The position numbers and the translations under genes were made by a program. A stretch of 63,726 nt of DNA, counting the filler. It is 3 parts of 3 records of this genome, joined end to end, with 100 filler letters (N's around TTAATTAATTAA, not from the genome) between each part and the next. Parts side by side here need not be neighbours in the genome. Positions count along the whole stretch, not along the records: positions 47,172 to 63,726 come from SRR20825019_849; 2 more parts are not named here. One strand, written 5' to 3'. Below are positions 63,561-63,726 of the stretch, one piece after another (position 1 is the stretch's first letter; each line of letters opens with the position of its first letter). The notes beneath the pieces were generated by a model. That model worked only from the letters and a program-made list of their open reading frames with translations, was not told where the DNA came from and made no database searches.

Positions 63561-63645
63561 AAAACCTGAAATGGCAGGCGTTCGCCCCGCTTGCAAGCGG
63601 CAATTCCAAGGCAGACCTGCTCCCACGACCATCATCACTCTCAAA

Positions 63646-63726
63646 CGTCATCCCTGCGCACGCAGGGACCCAGGAATGGCGGGCACACCTCTATGGTCGC
63701 CTGGGTCCCGGCTCTCCGGCCGGGAT
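63646..63726. repeat. Second REP-like palindromic element, truncated by window end
   Basis: CGTCATCCCTGCGCACGCAGGGACCCAG...CTGGGTCCCGGCTCTCCGGCCGGGAT has the same architecture as 60340-60424. Confidence 0.75.

Overview
The window is not one genome. It is three unrelated contigs joined by two artificial 100-nt spacers (N44-TTAATTAATTAA-N44, at 22046-22145 and 47072-47171). (1) 1-22045 is an AT-rich Flavobacteriaceae chromosome segment: rpmA/rplU, an M16 peptidase pair, gldD/gldE, ssb, mutY, HU, an unannotated bS22, RNase E/G, recX, a JmjC protein, a TonB receptor with a divergent MocR regulator, an M61 peptidase and atpC/atpD. (2) 22146-47071 is a compact, intron-rich unicellular eukaryote, with mostly ~40-60 nt GT-AG introns carrying CTRAC branch sites. 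Manual splicing gives about eight genes: a CBS protein, an ankyrin protein, a P4-ATPase flippase, a zinc-finger/RVxF/NUDT5-like fusion, two unusual secreted proteins and two orphans. (3) 47172-63726 is a GC-rich alphaproteobacterial segment. It carries a tightly coupled operon (four glycosyltransferases, a histidine phosphatase, a deacetylase, a membrane protein and an Opp-type ATPase). Transcribed divergently from it are a catalytically degenerate, internally duplicated ABC exporter, a stand-alone cNMP-binding protein and a methyltransferase. This cluster is the best candidate for an undescribed system. All family assignments come from motif recognition by eye; no searches were run, and the eukaryotic exon boundaries are hand-built.
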